From contig OX597825.1 of NCBI GenBank assembly GCA_951406725.2, positions 37,820,001-37,884,000 on the forward strand: 64,000 bases of DNA. Reading direction: 5' to 3'. The first letter of the stretch is position 1. Every line of letters begins with the position of its first letter. Below the pieces are notes generated by a model that made no database searches, was not told where the DNA came from, and saw nothing but the letters and a program-made list of their open reading frames with translations. This DNA comes from Octopus vulgaris. Lineage: Eukaryota. The position numbers and the translations under genes are program-made. Below, in pieces: positions 27,987 to 43,681 of this stretch.

Positions 27987-29267
27987 GTTGGTAAAAACAC
28001 TATGTTTGCAATAAGTCGCATAGTGTGTTAAACAATGCACCAAATAAACATCTCAATCCTTGACTTTCATTAATAGTTAGAATGGTCTTAATAACAGATG
28101 AACGAAGATATTAGTTCACACATATCCAAGGTACAGTATTTGTTATGTCGCACGTTCGGATGCCCCTACTACTCAACTCTAATCTTCTGTCACCGCTACT
28201 CAACCGTTCTAGTCTACTCTCTCTACTACTAATCAGCTGTGCTCCGACTGCTACTCAACTGTTCACTACACTTACTACTCTCCGACGTCTAGACTTCTCC
28301 CTCTATATCTACGTATTGGGCTAGTCTACTTCATTGTCTGGGGGCGTCCACACAAGAGTATTGTACAAAGGAGGTATAGAAGATGACGGTATGTCCGATA
28401 ATTCGAATTTTTCAGATAGTTTCCAATCTTTATCTTCCCCACACTTTAAGATACACATACACACACACGCAGGCAGACACACAGACACGCACACATACGT
28501 GTATATACATATGTACACACACATATCCACACAAACATATTCATATAACCTGAAACTACATCTCGTGGATGCACTGCAGAGCATCATCAGTAAAACGCAC
28601 GGTGGGTTTTACACACACGGTTGACAAACGGACACACATATACACATACCGTCCTACCAAATTTTACAAACACACAGACACATCTATTCACACCACATAT
28701 GTATATACACACACAAAGACACACACACTCGCACCATTCTGACCTCTAAAGATCAATCCCCAAATCATTGATGCGTGAAGGAGAAACAAAAAGAAATTCT
28801 TTTCAGTTCCACATTACTCTTTCTTCCCCCCACCCAAACACACTTACAGTGTCTCTTGACATAGAAAATAGTCTTTTACGATAACATGGTGGAGCAGGTC
28901 AGTTTGAGCTTCCCTACTACTATAATGTAAACTTTTTTGAACACACAATATTCTGTGCGTGTATACCAATATTCCACTGAACTTTTTAATAATTCCTTCT
29001 GGAAACTATCTTTACCATTTTCTAAAGAATGTATATTTATGTTGTAATCTTTTATGCCCAATATTTTAATGAGGTTGTTAAAGTTTTCATATCCTTAACA
29101 TGTTCTTGTTACCAAAGTCTGTATATATGTATTGTAGCATTTTGTGACAACCAATAATTTAACACAACCAAACTTTTACATGTTACTTTTGACAATCTCT
29201 TTCTAAAGAGTGAAACCGGAAAAGTTAATAAACATCTTTTAAAATTGCATTTTCAGACCTTCTTTCG

Positions 29268-29357
<90 letters not shown>

Positions 29358-29646
29358 CATACATATATATGATTTTAAACTGTTTGATTCGGCTCCCTGC
29401 GACTTAAGATTCGCAGGCTTTTTGCAGAGGTATAGTTAATTCGAGCTGAATTACATAATATATGTAACTCTTACTAAATGTGTTGACTCCCTTTTGTTTT
29501 CGATTGCCACTTGCTCTTGTGTGTGTGGGTATATTGCTTAGCCTGTGTATCTATATGTTCTTTTCAATATACATTATAAATATAAGCGAATATTAATATT
29601 TTATTTCCTTTCGTCCTTCTGAGAGTATAGATGTTTACATTGCATA

Positions 29647-30483
29647 CGAGGTGGTATCTAAAGGTTCTCGGACTAGTTCTGTAGCGTGCCAACAGATAGC
29701 AGCACAGGGCTGCATGCACAGTGAGAGTCAGCAGTGGCATTCATGAGGCAGTGCCGAGTGGCATCGCTGTGATTACTTCTCAAGTTGTGAAATTTATGCT
29801 TATGTGATCACGTGTATGCTGTAGTTTGCGATTTTGTCATGGAGATGAAGAAAGTGTCAACGCGAAATTTTACGGTAAACTTGGGAAGTCTGTTACAGAA
29901 GCATTGTGCAATCTTCAGTAAGCCTACGGCGACAAGGTAATGGATTGCACGCAATGTTTTGTGTCGCACGGACACGTCAAAAGCAAGAGAACGACCCTGG
30001 AAGACGATTAGCGATCAGGAAGACCTGTCATTACCGTCATCTCTGGAAATGTGGTATTGTGCATCGAGAATTCATCTTCCAGGGCCATAGAATTAATCGA
30101 GAACTTTACTACGAAGTTTTGAAGTATTTAAGGGAGGACATTCGGTGAAAACGATCGTATCTGTGGAGAGAAAATAATTGGGTTCTTCACGATCACAATA
30201 CACCCTCTCACCGAGCTCTCCTCACTCGTGGGTTTCTCGCCACTAACAAGATGTTATCGCTTTCGTACCCGCCCTATTCGCCATACTTAGCATTGGTCGC
30301 TGTTTCAACACTGTTGCCGAATCGCAGAAGGTCCTCGACTCACGAAAAACGACTTCCAGGCCGCATTCCACAAGTGGCAGGAATGTTGATATCGGTGTAA
30401 TGCCGCGAAAGCTGACTATTTTGAAGTAGAAAGTTATTTTTTATTAAACATATATAGTCCGGGAACCCTTTGATACCACCGCG
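29647..30483 (+). mobile_element. Mariner transposon, internally deleted, both TIRs present
   Basis: TIRs CGAGGTGGTATCTAAAGGTTCTCGGACTA / TAGTCCGGGAACCCTTTGATACCACCGCG; TA TSD on both sides. Confidence 0.92.
29840..30430 (+). pseudogene. Mariner transposase pseudogene
   Basis: GIVHREFIFQGHRINRELYYEVLKYLREDIR*KRSYLWRENNWVLHDHNTPSHR...YPPYSPYLA; stops and deletions. Confidence 0.9.
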
Positions 30484-33400
30484 TACTGATAAAATTATTT
30501 CCATTATATATTATAAATTAATTACTAACTCTAAAATCCTTCAGTTGAGTATCGCGTGCCCACTTGTTAATATCTTTGTGTTATTGACATATTTTCAATG
30601 TTCATTGGCTTACCTGCAGGTAAACATTTCTCTTGTAAAAATTTTCTAAGTGTTATTTCAATAGATTAATTTAACTTGTTTTTCTGTAATGAGATCATTT
30701 GGTTTGTAAGAATTTACTTTGTAAACTTTATGTTGTTTGTTTGCAATCGATATTTACGTAGTCATAATAGCTATTCCTTCATTTCATAGCCTTAGAAAGA
30801 CAGTTAATAATACAATTTATATAATTATAAGTATCATTACCTATCATTAGCTTTTAACTATTTCATAATTTGTCTAATGTTGACACTCATAACGTATTGC
30901 ATATGATTTTCTTTAGCATCTCTTTAGGTTTCTGTTGCCGTATATAATCTATCTTTCTCATTAACTTTATACAAAGTTTTTTTTTTTTTTTTGCAGTATG
31001 TTAATTAACATATTGGTTACGAAATGCATATTTTTTCTGTGTGGTGCTATTCAGTTTTACCTTTTTAACAGTGAAAATAAAGATATATTAGCGATATTGA
31101 TAATAATTGTAATAATAATCCTTTTTGCTATAGGCACGCGGCCTGGAATTTGAGAATTTTAAAATTTTATTTTGTAAATTGAAAGAGTGAAGGGAAGAGT
31201 AAGGGTGTCAAGCAAGAATCATCTCGCTTCTTCCAGATGCTGATGTACTTCAAGTGTTCGAACTTATCTTCGTTTCTTTTGATTAAACGTTTACAAAATA
31301 GCTTTGAAATATATCACACTTAATGCTGAACACTGGCTAAACAATTCTTGCTATTATATTTGTGAATCATCTATCAGTAATTATTACTTAGAGCTGACTT
31401 TTACTTGGAATGTGGGTTTACTATTGCATCATTTCAGATTTCACACATTAAAGCGATAGTTTGGCAACGCAGACTGATGGACATTTCACTCGAAATGCTA
31501 ATATATTGTTACTTCAGCCATCATTACGACACTTCAAGTAATTGAGAAAGCTCTAGATTGTTCCTACAACCAGCCATCATGGATGAGAAATGACATGATA
31601 TGTCGGCTTTTGTAGCTCTCTGATCACCTGGCATTGGTGGTATAATATATAATTCGACACACCCTTCAGGTGATTTAACGTTATAATTCGTTGAGGATAA
31701 GGAGGTATTAGGGAATTAATTGTAATGGTTTCGTTAAATGTGAAGCTGAACAGAAACTGACTTGTAGTTTCTAATGAAATTACACACAGTGCACACTGCA
31801 ACTATTTGGCATCAACCTGCATAAACGAAGGAAGAATCTTCGACCAAATTTCCTAGTAAAGTCTACAATCATTAACTATTTATATATTTTTCGACTTGAA
31901 ATAAAGTTTTTCGAAATATATTCGTTTTAGCTTACATAAGAATTTACAATTCGAAGCAAGTGCATGTTAAAATGTACTATTAATAGATTTAGTGCAACAG
32001 ATATCGTAGTCATAACGCGATACCAAATATTGAAAATATTAAATCCTCAGAAATTATAGAAATGTTATAGTAAAAAATGTTATTGCTTAGTAGGAACCTG
32101 TGAGAAAATAAGATAAAATTATTTCGGTTCGAAACGTCCTTTGATGAGGAATAGAAGGAGTATTGCATATATTAACAGAGTTGTGTGAAGCAGTAAAGGA
32201 ATCGACTGAAATAGTCTGGATAATCAAAAGTTTATCTCCTGTAACGGCTGCATGTGGAAGAAAACGTCATAGAGAAATTGACCGTAGGGAAATATTTGTG
32301 TATATATTTCCCTACATGTCTACTATGGTTACTAAGTAAATGAACCTGAACTGGTGAGGACAGTGCAAACATAATTGTTTTTACTATTTAAAATTATTTC
32401 AAATATTTATTATAGGAATGTTTGACAATTATTTATAATAAATCTCATGAATAAAGATGTATAGATGCTACAATGTCGGATAATTACCACTAATTTCTAA
32501 TTATGAAGCTGACATCAATTCTAATTACTCGAGTTTTGGACAACAAATTAACATCTGGTATTAACAGTATTTGGAATTAAAGCTTGTACCACATTCCATA
32601 ACATTCTTATTCAATTAGTATGTGAAATATTTATGATGTAATTGTTTTTAATATCTTTTTCTTCTCAATATTATTATTCTTCGATTTGAGGACTCTCTTA
32701 GTATAGAACTGATCTCTTAATTAGATGAATGTGTGAATTGGATACGGTTGTATTCGGAAACCGATTAATTTCTTACGTCATAAATTTCGGTGGTAAATCG
32801 ATTAATATGTTATATAGGAATAAGTCCATAACTTCAAGCGGATCGATTAGTCGATTATATGTCCACATATACTTGATGAGCACTTATCTCATTAACCACA
32901 GAAGGATAAAAAAACAAAATTGACATCACCTGAATTCAAAACCTAAATGACGCAACTTCATAAGATTCTTTGATCTACGCTCCACTGGTTGGCTTGTTCT
33001 CAGTTCCTTTTTTAGTGTTACATATAATCACTTCTCTACTTTCAGTTCCCCGCATAGTGAGGTAACATGCTACTTGAGATGTTAGACCATAGATAAGATT
33101 TGAATGCATGTTCCAAAGAGTTGCTTTTTTCCCTCCCATATTACCTATTAATACCATTGGAATATATTCTTTCTCTACATTTTCAATACTTGCATCTATA
33201 AATGTTGGTATTCTTTCAATAACAAACAACATTAATGTTGATAATATCTTTACTTAAGGGAATAACGTGAGATGTTTTAAATGAGGGATTACCATTAAAT
33301 ATATATATTGTTAAATATATATATATCTTGCTAAAATATGTATGAAAAATGTACACTCATTGCTTACTTTTCTCCTCTACACTAGACTTCATACATTTCA

Positions 33401-35607
33401 TTAAATTTAATACCTGATGAAGGAAAGCAGAAAATTAACTCACGAAAGTATTTCACCAAACAAATGCACGTCCCTATTAAATTCTGTCTTTTCCAGACAC
33501 ATATTCAATTTACCAGAGTCCGCCTTCATATATTCGAAATTAAGATAAATAGTAGAGAATGCTATGATTTTATTTATTTAATTTTGCTTATAGCAATATA
33601 AACCATGATTGCTATACTCTCATATATACTCCTTTCATACACACTGCTTATTGCCTCTGAATTAAAACGAGTTTATCGGTGAGATGCACAGTCGATAATA
33701 AAAACTAACAATGCCCAAACCTTCTATACCACAAGCTTGTCAGTGCATAAGCTATCACAATGTTCAATGTTGTCGCAAATTGTATTCTTACACATTCTCA
33801 TAAACATTGTCCTATAAATATTCTCATAAACATCAATATTTCAGATACAAACAAGAGTATTTCTCGAAAAAAATAATTGTTATGTATATCGTAAATTTTT
33901 AAGGACTCAAGCGCTATGATTTAATCCTCTCCACTCAAAGGATAACAAGAAAGCATAATATTTTTATAGATGTAGTGCAAAATATCATTCATATTCTAAT
34001 CCTTCAGCATTAACGTCGAAATGAGATTAATCAGAACATGAGGAAAATCTTATATATTCCAATCTCTTTGAATCCCAAAGGTCTTCACGTATAAAACATG
34101 TGGTCATATGAGATATGTAACATGTTAATACTTTTCATATGTGGTTTTGTCCTTCGGATTCAAAGATTAGTAATGATTACTTTCTGAAGTTCTTAGTACA
34201 CAGTCACATCACAATACACTCATAACAGCAATATTTGATGTATGTACTTCTATAAGAAAAATTATAAAGATGCATATATATAGAATTATAAATATATACG
34301 CATGCATTCGCTCTGTTCATGAAATTGTACATTACATTTCTTGGAAACGCAGGTCGCTAGTGTTGCTTCCAGTGGTCCAAAATTTAAGTTATGATTATTT
34401 TACAAACCTGTTTCGATGTTCTTACTAGAGTTTGAATATAAGATTATTTATTTGCACACTAATACTTAGTTAAATATCCTAGAAATAAGTTTGTACTATT
34501 TCTAAATGGATGCGATATTTGTTTCGATCAATTCTCTACTGTATGTCGTCTGAAGACTACAAATGACTCTAACATAAAGTATTTTATCGTGACTGAGGTT
34601 AAATTACTTCGTGTAAAAGCTACAAACAGCTAATCAATACAGAGGTGCTGAATCTTCATGTATTGAGTTTGTCTACTGAAGTTTGATAAATATAGTCAGT
34701 TATATAGAATGTACCATAAAAGCAGGCACCAAGAAACATTAACAACGATGTCAATCATATGACAATCTTTCTTAAAGCAAAACTTATAGTTAACCAAAAT
34801 CGACAAAACGGGTAATATTCGTTTCTATATATCAAAAATCATTAATATTTTAATTTTCTCCCGTTTACACACAAATATATGCATAAAATTTCCCTGTGCC
34901 AGTAAATTTTGAGTATTGAAATGGAGTTCCTATTGAATGCATTTATTTCATTTGAGTGTATCACCTCACCTATCATGACAGGTAAAAAGAATATATGGAG
35001 TGATGTGTATACAGAAAACATAAAGCTGCTCATTAAACAGAGTAAATAAAATATATCAGCACGGTAATCGCTTTTATGTGAATAATGATATATTGGGTGT
35101 TGTCTTTTATCAAATGCATTTTCGAGCACTTAAATGAGAAAACTGCAACTTGCAGTAGTTTTAAACTTAAATAAGTACAAAACAAAGTCGAAATTTCTGT
35201 GGCATATTCCTTGTTATTGCGGGTCTTATATCAATGTAAAACAAAGTTTAGTTCAGCAAAAGTAACCGGTAGAGTGTGACTTCAGGAAACTTTGGCTGAT
35301 AGATCGAGTAGACAGTCGAAATAAGTTGGTTTCCGCACACAATAGCATTATTAAGCTGGACCATGTGGAAAAGTCTATGACCGCTGGCCTCATTTAGACA
35401 TGTTCATAGCCAACCAGAAACTATTCGTTCCATTGTTAAATTACTTCGTGTTCCGAAGAAGCTCTATTATTGAATCAAAAGCTTATAAAGGCCAAAATGT
35501 CATTTTTCACCGACTTCCTTCTCTGCAATCTTTCGTCACAAACCGAAATAATTCATTATTTTAATGGATACCAGATTATAACCCCATCACACAATTTCCT
35601 CTCGTTA

Positions 35608-35674
<67 letters not shown>

Positions 35675-35709
35675 CATGCTGACGTACATATATACGTACG
35701 TGTATGTGA

Positions 35710-35742
<33 letters not shown>

Positions 35743-36399
35743 CATATGCCTGCGTGCGTATTTGTCTTTGTAGGAGCGTGAATGAATTTTGTTCTGATAG
35801 GTATATATATATATATATATGCATACATACTTTATATGATTGTGTGCGTATGCTTATGAACGTGTATATGTATGCATACATGCATACACGCACACAGGCA
35901 CACTCATTTATTTATCCTTGACAGACATATAATCATACGCACAAAACACACATGTATGGATACAACGGGAAAGAAGGTAGGTAATTCAATCGAACAATCA
36001 CTCAATTGAAGATATTCTATTTTTGACGCTGTAGCGAGATATTTCTGGTGATAGTGACAGAAAATGAATTCAACTCAACAGTGAACGAATAATATCAATT
36101 TGGTCTGTGTTTTTAAAGTTAGCCTCTAGTATTTTTATCTCTTCATAAATTGCAAAATTTATTCTCAATGGAATCACTATCAGAATTATGGAGCAGACAT
36201 GTGTTAAGAATATCAGATTGCCTGGTCAATAGAGATCTTAGAGGAAACCAGAATATCAATAGAGGTGAATGATATCAAACAAGTCTTTTTTGAATGAAGA
36301 CATTAGTTCTGATTGAAACAAGACAAAGAAATGGTATGCTTTGCTTTCAGCTCTGTCTTCGTCCCTATCATTCACTTCTGTCACTCCCCTTTCTCTCTG

Positions 36400-36472
<73 letters not shown>

Positions 36473-36633
36473 TGTGTGTATGTGTGTGTATACATATATA
36501 TATATATTCTTGTGTGTATGTATGTATGTGTGTATATATATATAAATATATGTATATATATATATGTACAAATATATGAGTGTATATGTGCATATATATA
36601 TATATATATATCTATATATATATGTATATATGC

Positions 36634-36675
<42 letters not shown>

Positions 36676-36719
36676 GTGTGTTTATGTGTGTATGTGCGTG
36701 TGTATGTGTATGTCTGTCT

Positions 36720-37191
36720 CTATGTATTCACTATGTTGGACCACTCTCTCTATTCATTTCCTCTCGTTCTTCTCTGTCGATGAGCGTAGGCTCGAAACGT
36801 AAAAGACGTTTCCATTTTTCACAAGTGTGAAACTAATACACTTAGTTGTTAAGAATCCTGCTTTCCAACCACATGGTCTGAGTTTCAGTCGCATTGCATG
36901 GCAACTTGGGTATGTGTCTTCTACTATAGCCTCAAGCCAACCAAACCTATATGAGTGGATTTGGTAGACGGAAACTGAACAGGGCCTTTCGTATATGTGT
37001 GTGTGTGATTCTGTCTTTGTGACTCTGTTTGACCTCACCCCCACTTGAGAATCGCTGATGGTGTGTTTACGTCCGATTTACTTAGCGTTTTGGAAAAAAA
37101 AAGTATGGGTGCCATCGTGCCGACATATTTGCATGAAAATTCGACTCAACGTCCGCAGCCTAATGACTGAGGGAAGTAAACGGTTGAAAAA

Positions 37192-37244
<53 letters not shown>

Positions 37245-37800
37245 CATACATATATATATTTATATATATACATGTATGTACGTATTTATACACATACATA
37301 TATAGATTGACGAATTTGCAGGCGAATGCGTTGGCACGACGGTACACATAATTTTTTTTAACCGTATCATTTTCCAAACCGCTAAGTTAGGCGGGCGTAA
37401 ACAGACCAAAACCGGTTGTCAAGTGGTGGTGGGGACCAAACACAGTCACAAAAACACACATACACAAAATCACACACAAATACACAAACACACACACATG
37501 TACGAAAGGCCTCGTTCAGTGTCCGTCAGCCAAATCCACTCATAAAGTTTTGGGTCGGTCTGAGGCTATAGTAGAAGTCACATACCCAAGTTGCCACACA
37601 ATGCGATTTAAACTCGGACCATGTGGTAGGAAAGTAGGCTTCTTAACAACTAAGTATATTCGTTTGAAGCTTGTGAAAAATGGAAAAGTCTTTTACGTTT
37701 CGAGTCTATGATTTTCGACAGAAAGGAACAAGAGGAAATGAATAGGGAGAGAAAGGAAAAAAACCTGCTATGTTCAGTGGTCCAACATAGCGAATACATA
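36720..37800. repeat. Diverged inverted duplication (36720-37150 / 37310-37800) of a composite: hammerhead-like PLE end fused to a family 1 SINE
   Basis: Both arms carry CTATGTTGGACCACT, CTCGAAACGTAAAAGAC, the same junction CTTAGTTGTTAAGAA into the SINE and the same non-SINE 3' segment. Confidence 0.85.
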
Positions 37801-37829
37801 CACACGCACATACATATATGTATATAAAT

Positions 37830-37895
<66 letters not shown>

Positions 37896-38035
37896 GTATA
37901 TATATACATGTATACATATACATATATAGAGAGAGATACATACATGCATATACATATATGGATATATATATATGTACGCATATATACACAGACATAAACA
38001 TTCACATATTCATAAGCATACATACATACATACAT

Positions 38036-38114
<79 letters not shown>

Positions 38115-38454
38115 TTAAAATTAAATAAGGGTAAAAATTGATATTAACCAATTAAAACCAGTGGCCTAGCATATTTAAAAAATCCGAAGATTAAAGATCC
38201 TCTATATTATATATGGTGTCTTTTTGTTTGTGTTTGACCCCCCCCCCATCGATGACTGAAAGATGTCGAAGGTGCAGATATGAAAACATCATTATCATTA
38301 TTGGCACCAAGACTTTCAATTAATTGAATACAAGTGGAGTAATATCATTTTACAACCTGCCCCTTGGCCTGAGATTCAACCACAATCATTCATCTTTTCA
38401 AATAACATGGTATAATAAATTATATCAAGTATTATATATACAGACAGGTGGATG

Positions 38455-38640
38455 ATAAAATCGTTAGAGTTGTGGCAGAATACTATAATTTATTTTGTCT
38501 CTTTACTTTCTGAGTTCAAATTGAACTCGCAGTTCTTCTATTCCTCCTTGATAAAATTAAGTATGAGCCAAGTATTTTGGTCGCTTTTATAGATTATTGC
38601 TTCCCTTAAAATATGTGGCATATGGTTAGGAAATCAATGG
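38455..38640 (+). mobile_element. Highly degenerate family 2 SINE
   Basis: AATCGTTAGAG...CTTTACTTTCTGAGTTCAAATT...GATAAAATTAAGTA. Confidence 0.5.
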
Positions 38641-38780
38641 TTTTACATTGTACAATACATACATGCATACATACATAAATACATACATACATACACACAC
38701 ACGCATACATAGACAGATATAAACATTATATATATTCGTGTATATACACACACATATATTACTCTCTTTCCCCATATATA

Positions 38781-38831
<51 letters not shown>

Positions 38832-40263
38832 GGTGAGTGAGGGAAATATATATGTATATATATATATATATATATACATACATATGTGTGTGTGTGTGTG
38901 TGTGTATGTATACATACAGAGTGAGAAAGGTAAAGATAGTCTACTTTAAGCAAGAAACATATGTGTAATTCACCACTGCTTCGTTAGATTTCAGCGTATA
39001 GTTCAAGACTATTGATAGTTGTGAAGAAGGAAGGTAGTACGTCTGTAATATTCGGCTTCTGGCAAAACTCTATACGTCTTCATCGAACTTACTAACGAAC
39101 CATGGACCTTCGTTCTCATTAGCTACTACTGAGTATGTTCTAGATGAATTTGTTACTGAATTCTGTGGAGAGTCATACAGAAGAAATACTATTTACTTTC
39201 GTTTTCTTTGATATCATGTATTTTGTGACCAATAACCTCATTGGCATTTGGTTTCAAACGAGTCAAATCACTGGTTCATGCGTTTCCGACGGCAAGAGAA
39301 TGTGTGCAATAAATTATTTATTGTTCGAACTTACCGGTTCATTGATGTGTAATATGTCAACCGTATACATCACCACATATAAACACACCTATATACATTC
39401 ATACATATAACGGCATATGTACATATACACACGTATATATTTGCATACAAGTATGTATGCGTATATTTCTATGCGTGTATATATAGCTTTAAAATCTATT
39501 TGTCTATCTATCGACTATGTATCCATCTGTAGATGGATAGAGAAATAAACAGATAGATAGATAGATATACAGATCAACAGATATACAGAGACCACGACAC
39601 ATAGCCCCAAACCCCAAAAGGCTTCCGCATAGTTTCTCTCGTACAAAATTTCAATCATGAATCAATACTCGGCCAAATTTGTTGTAGAAGCGACCCAATG
39701 CAGTTCATGTGTAGTGCAAGTAACGCAGAAATGTATGGTTACGAAAGTAGCATATTTTTCAAATATCCATGTCTGGTCTCGTTGACTACATTACAAACAA
39801 ACGTTTTACGAATTTACGATGGGAATTACGAAAGAATTATTTGCCTCATGTTTAATTTAATACACATCTGAATATGTAATAGGATTGGTCTCTTTGGTGT
39901 TTTTACTAAGATAAAATATATTTGTTTTGAAATAACAAACAGAAAATATAAAAGATTTCAATAAGATTGTCATGATTGTTAATAATTCATGACATTCGCT
40001 TTGAAAACTTGACTCATTTTGGCAGCATTCCTCTTTTTCAATTGTTTTCCTTTGTTGATCATCTAAACGGTTTTTCTCTTTTTTGTCTTTTTTCGAAAAG
40101 GAAGCGTACTAAATTTGCATAAATAAAAGTAAAATGTAAATCTAGAATTCTTCAATTCTTATGTCTGCATAATTTTTGTGAATCTACAGTAATGTCTTAG
40201 CACTTTTCTTCCAAAGATTTGAGATAACATCTACCAAGATTATACACACACACACACACATAT

Positions 40264-40320
<57 letters not shown>

Positions 40321-41035
40321 CATATACATACATATATATATATATATATATACATGCATACATACATACATACACACTCAGACATACGCTCGCACACATG
40401 CACACACACATACATACACTCAGATATAGATATCATCATTCGTCTCTCATACTGAATAGATATAAAGCATTCAAATGCATCACGAAACTAAATTGTCAAA
40501 GAAACGAAACTATGTCATCGTGGATTTCTATCGTTGTTTTAAGTTTTAGTATGATGATATACAGATTACGATATTATGTAATGCTATCTCATTTACGTTG
40601 ACCGAATATGTATGTGCGCGCATGCGTGCGTGCGCACAACTGTCTAACAGCGAAAGCTATCCAGCTTCTTCTGTTCCTCATAATCACACATTACAACATA
40701 ACCAAAGAAATATGTGGAAGTATATTCAATAAGTTAAGGGATATATATCACGAAACTTTTCAGTCTATGCATTGTATTAATCAATGAGTGACAATAACGT
40801 ATGAAACAGGTCATTCCGATGAGATGCTGTTGCTTTGTTCAATATGCTGCTAAACTATATTGCATTGTTATCAATGTTAAGGTGAAGAAGAAATATGGCC
40901 AAGTAATTATATATATATATATTTATATATATATATATATATATATATAAAGACACGCATATAAATGTATACATAGACAAACACATACATATATATGCAT
41001 ACATTTATATATATGAATATGTATACATGTAGGTT

Positions 41036-41092
<57 letters not shown>

Positions 41093-41264
41093 GTCCCCGA
41101 GTGACACTTTTCCTATTTTTTCAGCGTTAAATCTTGTCTCTTCCTTACTTCCACATTTATTGATACGTACTACTATATGTTTATATATGCGTGTGTTTAT
41201 AGTATTGTAATTATGAATGTATGTATGTATGTATGTATGTATGCAGTGTGTATTCTTTTATGCT

Positions 41265-41354
41265 TCTGTTCTTTTAATTTGTTTCAGTCAGTTGACTGTG
41301 GCCATGCTGAAGCACCACTTTAGTCGACACATACGCACGTACACACTCACACTT

Positions 41355-41404
<50 letters not shown>

Positions 41405-41595
41405 CTAAAAATATATATACATATATATATACGATGGGTTTCTTTCAGTTTCCGTCTACCAAGTTCATTCACAAGGCTTTGGCCGGCCCGAGGCTATAGT
41501 AGAAATCACTCGCCCATGGTGCCATGCAATGAGACTGAACCCGGAACCATGTGGTTGTTAAGACAGTTACATATCACACAGATACTCCTGCGCCA
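41265..41595 (-). mobile_element. Family 1 SINE with expanded internal microsatellite
   Basis: GTTTCAGTCAGTTGACTGTGGCCATGCTG...TTCTTTCAGTTTCCGTCTACCAA...CCCGAGGCTATAGTAGAA...GACTGAACCCGGAACCATGTGG. Confidence 0.85.
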
Positions 41596-41750
41596 ATATA
41601 TATACATACATTCATATATATATATATATTATATATAATATATATAATGTATTATATATATAATATATATATATATAATATATATGTATATTATATATAT
41701 ATATATTATATAAATATATATTATATGTATATATATGATATATATATATA

Positions 41751-41805
<55 letters not shown>

Positions 41806-41891
41806 TTCTCTCCTTCTTTTGTCTACTTTTTTCTCTCATTTTTTTCCCTCCTTTTTCTCTCCTTTTTTCTCTCCTTGTTTTTCCTGTGTCC

Positions 41892-41927
41892 CTTTCTGTA
41901 GAAGAGCGTAGGCTCGAAACGTAAAAG
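41892..41927 (+). ncRNA. Very short hammerhead-like motif (variant core CUGUAGA) in a ~220-bp insert (41802-42020) between (TA)n tracts
   Basis: CTTT-CTGTAGA-A-GAGC gtag GCTC-GAAAC-GTA-AAAG; related copy at 36768-36806 has CTGTCGA. Confidence 0.6.
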
Positions 41928-42016
41928 ACTTTTTCTATTCCTGGGCGTTATACTAATACATCTGCTTGTTTTGTACACCACTTGTCTTCGTATTTTGTTT
42001 TTTTTTCGTAAACTCT

Positions 42017-42061
<45 letters not shown>

Positions 42062-43681
42062 TATTTCATTCTATACATGCAAATGTTCATGTATTGACTA
42101 AGTGGCATTTTGAGTGACCAACTAAAATATTGGGCACACCTGAGAAGTATCTTTGGCGGCGACCATGGGGTGGAATTTTATTTAGTACGCATAGTCCCAA
42201 AAAGGGTGATGTGAAGCCTTGTTTTCGAAGTTATAACTTTCCAACAAGCGAACACACTGCTCTTGTGCGTTTTATCATGAACGAATGAAAGTTAATGTGC
42301 TTCAGTGGGGATGACTGATTGCCAAACATCGATACTGAACAGATGCGGCAGGCATACTAAGCAAGCTTCTAAAAATATCTGAGCATTCGACGCCTTAATA
42401 CATACATACATACATACATACATACATACATACATACATACATACATACATACATACATACATACAGAAACAGCTAGCTTGGTACATGGGTAGATAGATA
42501 CATAACCGGTTAGCTAGATAGCTGAATAGATAGATTTACATTTCTATAGTTCGATCGATCGACAGATAAATAAGTATGTGGACAGAAGGATATACATATA
42601 CATATTTATGACAAATGTATGAATTTATATTATTTATTCAGGTGTATTTCATTTAAAATGTCACTTAAGCGAGAACTACTATTGCCTCGTACGTTCTGTT
42701 TCAAATAAATCATAATATCTGATGCTCCTCCATGACATACCAACATATTAAGATCCATCTTGAGGAGGCATTTTCTCTTACAGTAATCACTATGAAACCT
42801 TCAAAGACATTACCGCTAGAACGATGTCTCATATCATGCTTAATTAATTCCTGTCAATTTTCACAACATTGATTTGTTCTTGGTTTACTATGAGTAAGTC
42901 TTATTATTAAATGGAATGACTTTTGCTAAACTTCAGTTTGTCTCACAGGATATTCTTCTATACATGTATGAATATAACAAATTTTTGATATCGATTGATA
43001 TATAAATATATGAGTTCTGTAGACACACATGATTTGAAAAATTTTACTACATAAATTATTGCTTTGTTTGAATCACAACAGTCACCCGTAGACGCACAGG
43101 TAACCAGCGCGCACGCACACACATACATACTCTCACAAACACACAAACGTACACGCACACATATGTTTCTATATCTGTATCAATCAATCAATATGTGTAT
43201 GTCTTATTGGTAGTGAAACATATATCGAGATGATTGCTCGTATATACATATGAATTTTAATATATATTCGGAAGCTGGGAATTACCGAATGCTTCCTTTG
43301 TGTAATACTACTTTGTAATTTATAAAAACCGTTTCAACGCGCTTGGAATCATTAAATGTATTGTAAATATGTATACTTTGTCATAATCACGTTAAAATAA
43401 TTTATGGATATTTAGAATTGTGATTGTGCATCTAAGACCTGTACAAATAGATTCTAATTTAATGCCGGTATTTGTGTAGTGTCATGGTCAGAGTGTCAGT
43501 CTACAGGGATTTGGACAGAAATTTTGACTAACCCACATACATAGATACATACACATATATAAAAACAACAACAACAAAAACAATAATAATAATAATAATA
43601 AAATGACAACAAAAGAATGAGACCTCGATATTAGGTAAATAGAGAAATTTATATATGTACCGCATGGAACAATTAGTAAGT

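Noticed and set aside
32975-33232. 85-aa non-repetitive ORF
   Set aside because: No recognisable family; only a faint resemblance to LINE C-termini.
33409-33452. AATAC-CTGATGA...GAAA-GTATT
   Set aside because: No helix II pairing and no helix III or cleavage triplet; at best a dead remnant.
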